A DNA stretch of 64,000 nucleotides from Desulfobaccales bacterium (lineage in GTDB: Bacteria; Desulfobacterota; Desulfobaccia; Desulfobaccales; 0-14-0-80-60-11). The stretch spans positions 127,052-191,051 of the forward strand of contig JBBFLF010000001.1 of the NCBI GenBank assembly GCA_037481655.1. The letters run 5' to 3'. The notes beneath the pieces were generated by a model. The model made no database searches. It was given only the letters and a program-made list of their open reading frames with translations, and had not been told where the DNA came from. This document shows, piece by piece, positions 1-9,107 of the stretch; the first letter of the stretch is position 1; each line of letters begins with the position of its first letter. The translations under genes were made by a program, and so were the position numbers.

Positions 1-1
1 C

Positions 2-124
2 GAGGTGGTCTTTATGCCGGCGTGGGCCGACGACCTCAGGCGCCGCCTGGCGGCAAAAGATGTGGCGGTGGACATCCAGGTATCCTGCCGGGAGAAGCCG
101 CCTTGTGTCATTTATCCGTCGTAG
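2..124 (+). CDS. 3' end of a CDS entering from upstream (product unassigned; Nif3-family suspected from synteny only)
   Basis: Frame is open from the window edge (...VSCREKPPCVIYPS) to TAG at 122-124. It is absent from the ORF track because there is no start in the window. The zinc-ribbon + RNase H pair that follows is commonly preceded by a Nif3-family gene. Confidence 0.3.
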   Translation, partial: EVVFMPAWADDLRRRLAAKDVAVDIQVSCREKPPCVIYPS

Positions 125-207
125 TGAATGCATCCCCTGAGATCAGGGGAATCGCACCAGGGCATGAAGCCCTGGCGTCGTGGTGATCAAAACGGAGGCC
201 AAAACTC

Positions 208-966
208 GTGTTGCCGGAATTACAAGCTTTGATTGACTTGCAGGAACTGGACAAAGAAATTGCCGGGGTGCAGCAGGCCCTGAGCCGCCTGCCCCAGGAG
301 CTCACCGAGGTGCAGCAGATCCTGGCGGACCTCACCGCCGCGGTGGCGGCCAAGGAGGCGGAGCTGGAGGAACTGCGGCGGCGCCGCCGGGATCTGGAGG
401 CGGAGGTGGCCGACCTGGAGGAAGGCATCCTCACCAGCCGCCGCCGGCTCATGGACATCAAGAGCAACATCGAATACAAAGCCATGCTCAAGGAGATCGC
501 CTTCAAGGAGGACCAGCGGGACCAGAAAGAGACATTGGTCCTGGAGGTCCTGGAGCAGCTGGAAGCCGGCCAGCAGGAGTTGGCGGCCTTAAAAGCGCGT
601 CTGGCGGAGCAGGAGGAGGTGGTGAAGCGGGTCGCCGGTGCCGTGGCGGCCGAAAGCGGCAAGCTGGAGGCGGAAGTGGCGGCCCTGGAGGAGAAACGCC
701 AGGGTCTTCGTCAGTCAGTGCCCGCGGCGTTGCTCAAGCGCTATGAGTTCATCCGCAGCCGCAGAAACGGCAACGCCATCGCCGAAGTGCAGGAAGGGGT
801 CTGCCTGGGCTGCCATATGAATATCCTGCCCCAGCAGTTCATTGACCTGCAAAAGGGGGAGGAGCTCCTGCAGTGCCCTCACTGCCAGCGCATCCTCTAC
901 TGGCTGGGGGAGCCGGAGGAAGAGCGGCCGGAGACCAAGACCAAGGCCGCCTCCCGCACGGCATGA
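208..966 (+). CDS. C4 zinc-ribbon / coiled-coil protein (COG1579, DUF164-like)
   Basis: GTG start at 208 with GGAGG at 194-198. Long E/L/A/R-rich coiled coil followed by C-terminal CLGCHMN...CPHCQRILY (two CxxC). Confidence 0.8.
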   Translation: MLPELQALIDLQELDKEIAGVQQALSRLPQELTEVQQILADLTAAVAAKEAELEELRRRRRDLEAEVADLEEGILTSRRRLMDIKSNIEYKAMLKEIAFKEDQRDQKETLVLEVLEQLEAGQQELAALKARLAEQEEVVKRVAGAVAAESGKLEAEVAALEEKRQGLRQSVPAALLKRYEFIRSRRNGNAIAEVQEGVCLGCHMNILPQQFIDLQKGEELLQCPHCQRILYWLGEPEEERPETKTKAASRTA

Positions 967-1538
967 GGGAGGACCCCCCTTCCTCCCCGGCCCCAAAGGC
1001 GGCGGTGCTGACGGCCCTGGCCGACACCCTGGACATCCCGGCGGTGCTGGCCCGCTTTTACCTCACCCAGGAGCAGCTCCGGGAGCTGCTGAAAGAGGCC
1101 GCATCGTCTTTAAAGGAACGGGAGACTGGAGCATGGCGCCTCTATGTGGATGGCGCCTCCCGGGGCAACCCTGGCCCGGCCGGCGCCGGTGTCGTCCTCT
1201 TAGACCCGGCTGGGCAGGTGGCGGCGGAGGCCTCCCGTTTCCTGGGCCGCACCACCAACAACGTGGCGGAGTACCAGGCCCTGCTCCTGGGCTTGGAGCT
1301 GGCCCGCCGCCACGGCGTGACATACCTGGAGATCTTTGCCGACTCGGAACTGCTGGTGCGCCAGCTCACCGGCCGCTACCAGGTCCGCAGCCCCCACCTG
1401 AAACCCCTCTACCAGGCGGCGCGCCAGGCCTTGACGAGCATCCCCGCCTGGCGCCTCACCCATGTGCCGCGACAGCAGAACCAAGCCGCCGACCGTTTGG
1501 CCAACGCGGCCATTGACCAGGCCAAGGCCGGGCGCTAA
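963..1538 (+). CDS. RNase H (type 1) family protein
   Basis: ATG at 963 overlaps the upstream stop (ATGA). Motifs: YVDGASRGNPGPAGAGVVL, NNVAEYQALLLGLELA, IFADSELLVRQL. The track ORF start at 873 would overlap the upstream gene by 94 nt. Confidence 0.8.
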   Translation: MREDPPSSPAPKAAVLTALADTLDIPAVLARFYLTQEQLRELLKEAASSLKERETGAWRLYVDGASRGNPGPAGAGVVLLDPAGQVAAEASRFLGRTTNNVAEYQALLLGLELARRHGVTYLEIFADSELLVRQLTGRYQVRSPHLKPLYQAARQALTSIPAWRLTHVPRQQNQAADRLANAAIDQAKAGR

Positions 1539-1548
1539 AATATAATTA

Positions 1549-1916
1549 GCGGAGCAGGCCAGATGATCGCCGGTCGCGCCTGGCCGCGGCCGGAGGAAAG
1601 TCCGGGCTCCACAGGGCAGGGCGCTGGGTAATCCCCAGGGGGGGCGACCCCACGGAAAGTGCCACAGAAACCAGACCGCCGTGGTACGTCCACGGTAAGG
1701 GTGAAAGGGTGAGGTAAGAGCTCACCGGTGCCGGTGGCGACACCGGCAGCCAGGAAAACCCCGCCCGGAGCAAGACCAAATAGAGGAGCGCTCGAGGGTG
1801 GCCCGCCCGATGCTCCCGGGTAGGTCGCGCGAGGCCCCGGGCAACCGGCGGCCCCAGAGGAATGATCATCACCGGCTCCACGCCGGCACAGAACCCGGCT
1901 TACGGCCCGCTCCGCG
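1549..1916 (+). ncRNA. rnpB: RNase P RNA, bacterial type A
   Basis: Universal blocks GGAGGAAAGTCCGGGCTCCACAGGGCAGGGCGCTGGGTAATCCCCAG, GAAAGTGCCACAGAAA and ACAGAACCCGGCTTA. The P1 helix is formed by GCGGAGCAGGCC (1549-1560) pairing with GGCCCGCTCCGC (1904-1916). The overlapping 111-aa minus ORF is spurious. Confidence 0.92.
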
Positions 1917-1928
1917 GTTGGGCTTGTT

Positions 1929-2047
1929 GGGGAGGGGGCCAGGGGTTATTAACCCCTGCCCCCTCCCCAATGCCCCTCCCCCAACCCCATATGGGATTGG
2001 GAGGGGGCATGGGGGAGGGCAAGGGTCTGTGACCCTTGGCCCTCCCC
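1929..2047. repeat. G-tract/C-tract palindromic element, full copy (three hairpins)
   Basis: HP1 GGGGAGGGGGCCAGGGG-ttattaa-CCCCTGCCCCCTCCCC (1929-1968); HP2 ATGCCCCTCCCCCAACCCC-atat-GGGATTGGGAGGGGGCAT (1970-2010); HP3 GGGGGAGGGCAAGGG-tctgtga-CCCTTGGCCCTCCCCC (2011-2047). Confidence 0.8.
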
Positions 2048-2074
2048 CATAAACTCCCATGACATGACACCCCC

Positions 2075-3073
2075 ATGAACCCGACCAGTGTGGTGTTGCC
2101 CGCCGCCAAGCCGGCTCCGGCCCCGTATCTCTCCGTGGTCATTCCGGTCTTCAATGAAGAGGACAATCTGGAGGAGTTGGGCCGCCGGCTGTTGGCCACC
2201 TTGACTCAGGACGGCCGCCCCTTTGAGATCATCCTGGTGGATGACGGCTCCACCGATCGCTCCTGGGAGCTCATCACCGCCCTTCATGAACGCCATCCGG
2301 AGGTCGTCCGGGGCATCCAGTTCCACCGCAATTTCGGGCAGCACGCCGCGGTCTTTGCCGGGCTGGCCGCGGCCCGGGGCCAGGTGGTGGTGACCCTGGA
2401 CGCCGATCTCCAGAACCCCCCCGAGGAGATTCCCAAGCTGGTGGCCAAGATCGAAGAGGGCTATGACGCCGTGGGGGGCTGGCGGGAGAACCGCCAGGAC
2501 TCCTGGCTCAGGCGCCTGCCTTCCCGACTGGTGAATTTCATCATGAGCCGGGTGACCGGCGTGCCCTTACGGGATTACGGCTGCATGCTGCGGGCCTATC
2601 GCCGGGAGGTGGTGGACAGCATCAACCGCTGTCATGAGACCTCCAGCTTCATCCCCGCCCTGGCCAACCTCTACGCCCGGCGGGTGACGGAGATCCCCGT
2701 GGCCCACGCCCCGCGCACGGCCGGGGTCTCCAAATACAACCTCTTCAAGCTCCTGCGCCTCAATTTCGACCTGATGACCGGCTTTTCCAACTTCCCCATC
2801 CACCTGGTGGGGGTGTTGGGCATCCTCATTGCCTGCATGGGGCTGGGCTTCGGGTTGTTCCTCTTCATCCGCCGGTTCCTGGTGGGGCCGGAGGTGGAGG
2901 GGGTCTTTACCCTCTTTGCCATCCTCTTTGTCTTTGTGGGCTTGAACACCTTCGGCCTGGCGCTCATCGGCGAGTATGTGGGCCGCATCTACCGGGAGGT
3001 GCGGGCCCGGCCCCGCTATGTGGTGCGCCAAGAGCTGGGGGGCGGCCAGGAAAATCAGGATGGCCATCAGTGA
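2075..3073 (+). CDS. arnC: Undecaprenyl-phosphate 4-deoxy-4-formamido-L-arabinose transferase (GT2)
   Basis: Near-colinear with remembered E. coli ArnC: VVIPVFNEE, ILVDDGSTD, NFGQHAA, TLDADLQNPPEEIPKLVAK, DYGCMLRAYRR, GEYVGRIYREVRARPRY. Confidence 0.88.
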   Translation: MNPTSVVLPAAKPAPAPYLSVVIPVFNEEDNLEELGRRLLATLTQDGRPFEIILVDDGSTDRSWELITALHERHPEVVRGIQFHRNFGQHAAVFAGLAAARGQVVVTLDADLQNPPEEIPKLVAKIEEGYDAVGGWRENRQDSWLRRLPSRLVNFIMSRVTGVPLRDYGCMLRAYRREVVDSINRCHETSSFIPALANLYARRVTEIPVAHAPRTAGVSKYNLFKLLRLNFDLMTGFSNFPIHLVGVLGILIACMGLGFGLFLFIRRFLVGPEVEGVFTLFAILFVFVGLNTFGLALIGEYVGRIYREVRARPRYVVRQELGGGQENQDGHQ

Positions 3074-3096
3074 GGTCAATTCCCCGACCTTGAACT

Positions 3097-3143
3097 AAGG
3101 GTTGGGGGGTGGACTGGAGAGAGAGGGGGCAGGGGTTCACCGC
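3097..3143. repeat. Partial copy of the same element family
   Basis: AAGGGTTGGGGGGTGG...GGAGAGAGAGGGGGCAGGGG, between arnC and the formyltransferase gene. Confidence 0.55.
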
Positions 3144-4088
3144 ATGCGGCTGTTGTTCTTCGGCTATCACAATGTGGGCTATTTTTGCCTCCAGGTGCTC
3201 CTCGAGCTTTGCCGGGAGCTGGGCGACGAAATCGCCGCGGTGGTGACCCACGCCGACAATCCCCGGGAGAACCTCTGGTTCGCCTCCGTCCGGGACCTGG
3301 CCCACCGCCATCACCTCCCCGTGTACCAGCCCGAGGACCCCAACGACCCCGACTTTGTGGCGGCGATGACCAGGCTTCAGCCGGATTTCCTTTTTTCCTG
3401 CTATTACCGGCACATGCTCAAGGCGCCCCTGTTGGCGCTGCCGCGGTTCGGGTCCCTCAACCTGCACGGCAGCCTCCTCCCCAAGTACCGGGGGAGGGTG
3501 CCGGTGAACTGGGTGCTGGTGCACGGCGAGACCGAAACCGGAGTCACCCTGCACTACATGGAAGAGAAGGCGGACCGGGGCGACATCGTGGCCCAGGAGC
3601 GGGTGCCCATCGCCCCCGACGACACGGCCTACACCCTCTTTGCCAAGATCACCGCAGCTGCGGCAGAACTTATGCGCCGGGCCTACCCCAGGCTTCGGGC
3701 CGGCACTGCGCCGCGGCTCCCCCAGGACCATTCCCAGGCGTCTTATTTCGGCGGCCGCCGACCCGAGGACGGCCTCATTGACTGGCAGCGCCCCGCTCAG
3801 GAGATCTACAATCTGGTGCGGGCCGTCACCCATCCATATCCCGGGGCCTTCACTTTTCTTCAAGGTCGCCGCCTCTTCGTCTGGTGGGGCCGGCCGCTGC
3901 CGGACTTTGACCTGACCGGCCGCCGGCCAGGAGAGATCGTGGCGGCCCTGCCCGGCCAGGGGCTGGTGGTGGCCACCGGCGGGGGTGGGTTCCTCCTGGA
4001 GCGGGCCCAGTTCGAGGGGGAGCCGGAATTCTTGGGACCGGTGTGGGCCCTCTTCACCCACCTGGTGGGCGCCCGCCTGGGGGAATAA
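3144..4088 (+). CDS. arnA: UDP-4-amino-4-deoxy-L-arabinose formyltransferase (stand-alone ArnA N-domain-like)
   Basis: MRLLFFGYHNVG..., SLNLHGSLLPKYRGRVPVNW, THPYPGAF (Fmt-like fold). Start moved to ATG 3144 because 3097-3143 is a repeat element. Confidence 0.8.
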   Translation: MRLLFFGYHNVGYFCLQVLLELCRELGDEIAAVVTHADNPRENLWFASVRDLAHRHHLPVYQPEDPNDPDFVAAMTRLQPDFLFSCYYRHMLKAPLLALPRFGSLNLHGSLLPKYRGRVPVNWVLVHGETETGVTLHYMEEKADRGDIVAQERVPIAPDDTAYTLFAKITAAAAELMRRAYPRLRAGTAPRLPQDHSQASYFGGRRPEDGLIDWQRPAQEIYNLVRAVTHPYPGAFTFLQGRRLFVWWGRPLPDFDLTGRRPGEIVAALPGQGLVVATGGGGFLLERAQFEGEPEFLGPVWALFTHLVGARLGE

Positions 4089-4327
4089 GGGGAAAGGGCG
4101 GCCTTCGGGAAAATCTGCCCGCAAAACCCCTCTGAAATACCACCCTCAGCCCTCACCCCACCCACCCACTGTCCTTTCCCGGAAAATCGGCTATAATGCA
4201 ACTGGCCCGCCCACCGGGCCGGAGGGCGTGTATCACCCCCCTTCCGCAGGGAAAGGGTGGATACTTATCTCAGGTAATCACAGAGACCCCGGGTTTGGGC
4301 CCGGCAATTAACCTTGCAGACAATCTT

Positions 4328-5365
4328 ATGAAAATTCTTATCTTAGGCGTCAACGGCTTCATCGGCAATGCCCTGGTGCGGCGCATCCTGGCCACCCGGG
4401 ACTGGGAAGTCTTCGGCATGGACCTCTACGCCAACAAGATTGCCGAGGTCCTGGATCACCCCCGCTTCCATTTCCTGGAGGGCGACATTGCCATCAACAA
4501 GGAGTGGATCGAATACCACATCAAGAAGTGCGATGTGGTGCTGCCCTTGGTGGCCATCGCCACGCCCATGACCTATGTGAAAAAGCCCCTGGCGGTCTTT
4601 GAGCTGGACTTCGAGGAGAACCTGCGCATCGTCCGCCAGTGTGTCAAATACGGCACCCGCATTGTCTTTCCCTCCACCAGCGAAGTCTACGGCATGTGCA
4701 CCGACCCGGAGTTTGATGAGGACCAAAGCCCCCTGGTGCTGGGGCCCATCCACAAGCAGCGCTGGATCTACTCCGCCAGCAAGCAGCTTCTGGACCGGGT
4801 CATCTGGGCCTATGGCCAGGAGGGGGCTTTGCAATTCACCCTCTTTCGCCCCTTCAACTGGATCGGCCCCAAGCTGGACGACCTGGACGCCGCCAAGGAG
4901 GGTAGCTCCCGGGTGGTGACCCAGTTCATCCTCAACCTGCTGCTCAGGGAGCCCATCAAGCTGGTGGACGGCGGCTTCCAGAAGCGCTGCTTCACCTATG
5001 TGGAGGACGGCATCGACGCCCTCATGACCATCATCGAGAACCCCGGGGGCGCAGCGGACGGCCAGATCTTCAACATCGGCAACCCGAAAAACGAAGCCTC
5101 GGTCCGGGAACTGGCCCATCTTTTGCGGGAGCTCTTCATGCAGCACCCGGACCACAAGGATGACGGGGTCTATTCCGAGATTGTCGAGACCTCCTCCGAG
5201 GACTATTACGGCAAGGGCTATCAGGACATCCTCACCCGCAAGCCCTCCATCGCCAAGGCCCGGCGCCTGTTGGGCTGGGAGCCCAAGACCGATCTCGTGA
5301 CCTCCCTCAAATACACCCTGGACGCCTTTCTGGCGGAGGCCAAAGAAAGCGCCGGCAAGGGGTGA
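4328..5365 (+). CDS. arnA: UDP-glucuronate decarboxylase / UDP-4-keto-pentose synthase (stand-alone ArnA C-domain-like, SDR)
   Basis: [99 protein letters not shown]. Start at ATG 4328. Confidence 0.88.
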   Translation: MKILILGVNGFIGNALVRRILATRDWEVFGMDLYANKIAEVLDHPRFHFLEGDIAINKEWIEYHIKKCDVVLPLVAIATPMTYVKKPLAVFELDFEENLRIVRQCVKYGTRIVFPSTSEVYGMCTDPEFDEDQSPLVLGPIHKQRWIYSASKQLLDRVIWAYGQEGALQFTLFRPFNWIGPKLDDLDAAKEGSSRVVTQFILNLLLREPIKLVDGGFQKRCFTYVEDGIDALMTIIENPGGAADGQIFNIGNPKNEASVRELAHLLRELFMQHPDHKDDGVYSEIVETSSEDYYGKGYQDILTRKPSIAKARRLLGWEPKTDLVTSLKYTLDAFLAEAKESAGKG

Positions 5366-5377
5366 GGCGGTGGGGTC

Positions 5378-5432
5378 TGGGGGAGGGCAGGGGGGTCAGG
5401 GAACCAAGTTCCCCTTTAATTCGGGGAGGGCG
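5378..5432. repeat. Partial copy of the same element family
   Basis: TGGGGGAGGGCAGGGGGG...CCCCTTTAATTCGGGGAGGG, between the decarboxylase gene and arnD. Confidence 0.5.
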
Positions 5433-5443
5433 TAGGCAAAGTT

Positions 5444-6361
5444 TTGCGCCGACTGGGACTGAAAATTGATGTGGACACCCTGGCAGGGTTCCGGGAAGGG
5501 GTGCCGGCGCTCGTGCGGCTCCTGAAGGAGCGGGGCATCCGGGCCTCCTTTTATGTGGCTTTGGGCCCCGACAACTCCGGCCGGGCCCTCTTCCGGGTCT
5601 TCCGCCAGCGGGGGTTTCTTAGCAAGATGCTGCGCACCCGGGCGCCCTCGCTCTACGGCTGGCGCACGCTGCTCTCGGGGACGCTCCTGCCGGCCCCGCA
5701 CATCGGGGCCCACGCCGGGGAGGTCCTCCCCCAGGTGGCCGCCGGAGGGCATGAGGTGGGGCTGCACGGCTATGACCATGTTCTCTGGCACGACCGGCTG
5801 CTGAAAATGACCAAGGCAGAAGTCCGGGAGCAGGTGGAAGATGCCCAGGCCGTCTTTTCCCGGGCCCTGGGTTATCCGGCCCGGGCCTTTGCCGCCCCGG
5901 GCTGGCAGGCCTCCCGGGCTTCCCGGGAAGTGTTGGCGGAGCTGGGCTTCCTTTACGCCAGCGATACCCGGGGCACCGGCCCGTATCTCCCTCGCTTCGG
6001 GGACTGGGTGAGCCCGGTGCCGGAGATCCCCACCACCCTCCCCACACTGGATGAACTGCTGGGCTTTCAGGGCCTCAGCGCCCAGGAGGCCTTCCTGTTA
6101 CTGGAGCGCCGGGTGCTTACCCAGACCGTCCCTCAAATCTTCACCCTGCACGCCGAACTGGAGGGCGGCCCCGTGCAGGGGGAATTCGCCCGTTTTCTGG
6201 ACCGCCTGGCCAAGGCCGGGGTAGAGTTTTTCCGCCTGGGGGACTGGGCGGCGGAGCTGGCGCCGCAGCTCGATAAACTCCCCTCGGCGCCGGTATATCA
6301 GGGCCGTCTGCCCGGGCGGGCCGGCTGGGTGAGCTGCCAGGGCGAGGAGGCCTGGGCATGA
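5444..6361 (+). CDS. arnD: 4-deoxy-4-formamido-L-arabinose-phosphoundecaprenol deformylase (polysaccharide deacetylase fold)
   Basis: LGLKIDVDT..REGVP, ASFYVALGPDNSGR, SLYGW, HEVGLHGYDH, FTLHAELEG, GRAGWVSCQ match remembered ArnD. TTG start at 5444. Confidence 0.85.
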   Translation: MRRLGLKIDVDTLAGFREGVPALVRLLKERGIRASFYVALGPDNSGRALFRVFRQRGFLSKMLRTRAPSLYGWRTLLSGTLLPAPHIGAHAGEVLPQVAAGGHEVGLHGYDHVLWHDRLLKMTKAEVREQVEDAQAVFSRALGYPARAFAAPGWQASRASREVLAELGFLYASDTRGTGPYLPRFGDWVSPVPEIPTTLPTLDELLGFQGLSAQEAFLLLERRVLTQTVPQIFTLHAELEGGPVQGEFARFLDRLAKAGVEFFRLGDWAAELAPQLDKLPSAPVYQGRLPGRAGWVSCQGEEAWA

Positions 6362-7062
6362 AGGCCGCCGCCATCATCGCCGCCGCCGGGGTGGGCACCC
6401 GCATGCAGAGCGCCACTCCCAAGCCCTATCTGACCTTGGCCGGCAAACCCATCCTGGCCCACACCCTGGCGGTCTTTGAGGCGGTGCCCGAGGTGCGGGA
6501 GATTACCCTGGTGGTGCATCCCCGGGAGCTGGAGAACTGTCAGGAGCGGGTCATTGACCCTTACGGCTTTAAAAAAGTCCTGCGTCTGGTGCCCGGGGGC
6601 AAGGAGCGCCAGGACAGTGTCTATCAGGGACTTAAGGCCTTGATGGCCGCCGGCGAGGGAGAGCTCGTGCTGGTGCATGACGGTGTCAGGCCCCTGGTGC
6701 GGCCGGAGGACATCCGCCGGGTGCTCAAGGCCGCCCGGCGGCACGGCGCCGCAGTCCTGGGCTGGCCGGCCCAGGACACCCTCAAGCGGGTCAATGCCCA
6801 GGGAGAGGTGCTGGAAACCCTGGACCGCCGCCAGATCTGGCAGATCCAGACCCCCCAGGCCTTCCGGACGGAGCTTTTATGGCGGGCTTTTGTCGCCGCC
6901 TATGACCGGGGGTTCTATGCCACCGATGAGGCCGCCTTGGTGGAGGCCCTGCCTCATCCGGTGCGGGTGGTCCAGGGGGCGCCCTTCAACCTGAAGATCA
7001 CCACTCCCGCGGACCTGGTGGTGGCGGAGGCCCTGCTGGCCCGTGCCGGGGAGGGGCAGTGA
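6358..7062 (+). CDS. ispD: 2-C-methyl-D-erythritol 4-phosphate cytidylyltransferase
   Basis: AAIIAAAGVGTRM...PKPYL.LAGKPIL, VPGGKERQDSV, VHDGVRPLV, QTPQAF. ATGA overlap with arnD. Confidence 0.9.
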   Translation: MKAAAIIAAAGVGTRMQSATPKPYLTLAGKPILAHTLAVFEAVPEVREITLVVHPRELENCQERVIDPYGFKKVLRLVPGGKERQDSVYQGLKALMAAGEGELVLVHDGVRPLVRPEDIRRVLKAARRHGAAVLGWPAQDTLKRVNAQGEVLETLDRRQIWQIQTPQAFRTELLWRAFVAAYDRGFYATDEAALVEALPHPVRVVQGAPFNLKITTPADLVVAEALLARAGEGQ

Positions 7063-7556
7063 TGCGGGTGGGATTCGGCTACGACGCCCATCGCTTCACC
7101 TCCGGGCGGCCCCTCATTCTGGGCGGGGTGGAGATCCCATACCATCAGGGCCTGGCGGGGCACTCGGACGCCGACGTCCTGGCCCACGCTCTGGGGGACG
7201 CGCTTTTGGGGGCCGCCGGCCTGGGAGACCTGGGCCGCCACTTCCCGGACACCGATCCCGCCTACCGGGGCATCTCCAGCCTGGTGCTGCTTGGCCGCAT
7301 CCGGGAGCTTGTGGCCCAGGCGGGTTATGAGCCGGTGAATCTGGATGCCACGGTGGTGGCCCAACGGCCGAAGCTGGCGCCCTTCATCCCGGAGATGCAG
7401 CGCCGGCTGGGACAGGCCGTGGGGTTGCCGCCGCACCTGGTGAACGTCAAGGCCACCACCACCGAGGGCATGGGGTTTGCCGGCCGGGAGGAGGGCATCG
7501 CCGCCTATGCCGTGGCCCTGGTGCGGCCCATCTCCATCCAGGAGGAGGGCGGATGA
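7059..7556 (+). CDS. ispF: 2-C-methyl-D-erythritol 2,4-cyclodiphosphate synthase
   Basis: MRVGFGYDAHRF, GHSDADVL.HAL.DALLGA, HFPDTDP..RGISS, VNVKATTTEG. Confidence 0.92.
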   Translation: MMRVGFGYDAHRFTSGRPLILGGVEIPYHQGLAGHSDADVLAHALGDALLGAAGLGDLGRHFPDTDPAYRGISSLVLLGRIRELVAQAGYEPVNLDATVVAQRPKLAPFIPEMQRRLGQAVGLPPHLVNVKATTTEGMGFAGREEGIAAYAVALVRPISIQEEGG

Positions 7557-8188
7557 GGAGAGCAGACCCGCTGTGCGGCTCGTCCCCCTGGGAGTCACCG
7601 GACCCCTCCATCCGGCTGCCCTCCTTCAGCGAGTGCCTGGCCCTGATGGAGGAGTTCGGCATGCTCCCCCACATCCGGGAGCACTGCTTCATGGTGCAGG
7701 CGGTGGCCTGGGAGCTGGGGCAGGCGCTCACCGATGCCGGGCTGCCACTTTCTCTCCCCCTCATCGTGGCCGGGGCGCTCCTCCATGACCTGGGAAAGAC
7801 CCCCTGCCTGGCCACCGGCGAGGACCATGCCCGCTTCGGCGCCGATATTTTGGCGGCCCGGGGGTATGCGGAGGTGGCCCAGGTGGTGGCCCAGCACGTG
7901 CACCTGGAAGAGCATCCCACGACCGACCGGCCGCTGAGCGAGGCCGCGGTGGTGAACTATGCCGACAAGCGGGTGCTCCACACCCGGGTGGTGCTCTTGT
8001 CCGAGCGCTTTGCCGACCTGAAGCGCCGCTACGGCCGCACCCCGGAGCATGTGGCCCGCATCTCTTACTATGAAGAGCGCAGCCGCCTCTTGGAGGCCCG
8101 GCTGTTTGCCCCCCTCACTCTCAGGCCCGATGATCTTCTCAGCCTCAATCACAGGAGGATGCCATGGCAAAGCTCAGGCTCGCCCTGA
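7553..8188 (+). CDS. HD/HDIG-domain phosphohydrolase
   Basis: ATGA overlap with ispF. H...LLHDLGK metal-binding motif. Function otherwise unassigned. Confidence 0.6.
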   Translation: MRRADPLCGSSPWESPDPSIRLPSFSECLALMEEFGMLPHIREHCFMVQAVAWELGQALTDAGLPLSLPLIVAGALLHDLGKTPCLATGEDHARFGADILAARGYAEVAQVVAQHVHLEEHPTTDRPLSEAAVVNYADKRVLHTRVVLLSERFADLKRRYGRTPEHVARISYYEERSRLLEARLFAPLTLRPDDLLSLNHRRMPWQSSGSP

Positions 8189-9102
8189 TTGCCGGAGGGA
8201 AATCCGCCGAGCGGGAGGTCTCCCTGAAAAGCGGCGAGCAGGTCTTCCAGGCCCTGGACAAAGACAAATACGACATCCGGCGCTATGACCCCAAAGATGA
8301 CCTGGAACGCCTGGTCCGGGAGGCCCCGGAGCTGGATGTGGCCCTCATCATCATGCACGGTCGGGGGGGCGAGGACGGCACCCTCCAGGGGCTGCTGGAC
8401 CTCCTGGACGTCCCCTACCAGGGCTCCGGGGTTCTGGGGAGCGCCTTGGGCATGAACAAGGAGCTGAGCAAGATCCTCTACTGCCAGGCGGGGCTGGCGG
8501 TGCCTCCGGCCCTGTTTTTCCACCGGGAGGAGGCTCCCTCTGCCGCCGACATCATCGCCGAACTGGGCCTGCCGCTGGTGGTGAAGCCGGTGAACGAGGG
8601 CTCCAGCATCGGGGTGAGCAAGGTCGCGAGCCAGGCGGAGTTGGCGGCTGCCCTGGACAAGGCCTTTGCCTACGACCGGCGGGTGCTGGTGGAGAAGTTC
8701 ATCCCCGGCCGGGAGATCACCGGCGCGGTCCTGGGAAACGACCATCCCATCGGCCTTCCCCTGGTGGAGATCATTCCCGGGGAAAATTACGCCTTTTTCG
8801 ATTACGACGCCAAATACCAGCCCGGGGCCTCCAAAGAAATCTGCCCGGCCCCCCTGGACGAGGAGCTCACCCGCCGGGGTCAGGTCTGCGCGGTGGCGGC
8901 GCACAAAGCCCTCCAGTGCCGGGGCTACAGCCGCACCGACATGATTCTGGCGGACGGCGTCTTTTATGTCCTGGAGACCAACACCATCCCGGGCATGACC
9001 GCCACCAGCCTCTTTCCCCAGGCAGCCCAGGCCTATGGCCTCAGCTTTTCCCAGCTTCTGGACCGCCTGGTGGAGCTGGCCCTGGAGGGGCGCCGGAAAT
9101 AG
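8164..9102 (+). CDS. ddl: D-alanine--D-alanine ligase
   Basis: AGGKSAEREVSL.SG, HGRGGEDGTLQGLLDLL..PY.GSGVL.SA, LPLVVKP..EGSSIG, TNTIPGMT..SL. Confidence 0.92.
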   Translation: MAKLRLALIAGGKSAEREVSLKSGEQVFQALDKDKYDIRRYDPKDDLERLVREAPELDVALIIMHGRGGEDGTLQGLLDLLDVPYQGSGVLGSALGMNKELSKILYCQAGLAVPPALFFHREEAPSAADIIAELGLPLVVKPVNEGSSIGVSKVASQAELAAALDKAFAYDRRVLVEKFIPGREITGAVLGNDHPIGLPLVEIIPGENYAFFDYDAKYQPGASKEICPAPLDEELTRRGQVCAVAAHKALQCRGYSRTDMILADGVFYVLETNTIPGMTATSLFPQAAQAYGLSFSQLLDRLVELALEGRRK

Positions 9103-9107
9103 CCGGG

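Noticed and set aside
133-150. Perfect palindrome CCCCTGA-GA-TCAGGGG between the first partial CDS and the zinc-ribbon gene
   Set aside because: A 2-nt loop cannot form a stable RNA hairpin and no T-run follows. It is possibly a protein-binding site, but there is nothing to support a call.
1798-2344. Several 60-130 aa ORFs over the RNase P RNA and the adjacent repeat element
   Set aside because: They overlap a confidently identified ncRNA and a G/C-tract repeat. Their translations are poly-G/P.
2964-4124. 386-aa minus-strand ORF
   Set aside because: It is antisense to the ArnA-N-like formyltransferase gene. P/G/R-rich with no motifs.
8916-9107. N-terminal 64 codons of the track ORF 8916-10244
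   Set aside because: This stretch lies inside ddl in another frame. The serine hydrolase more plausibly starts at GTG 9108, just after the ddl stop.
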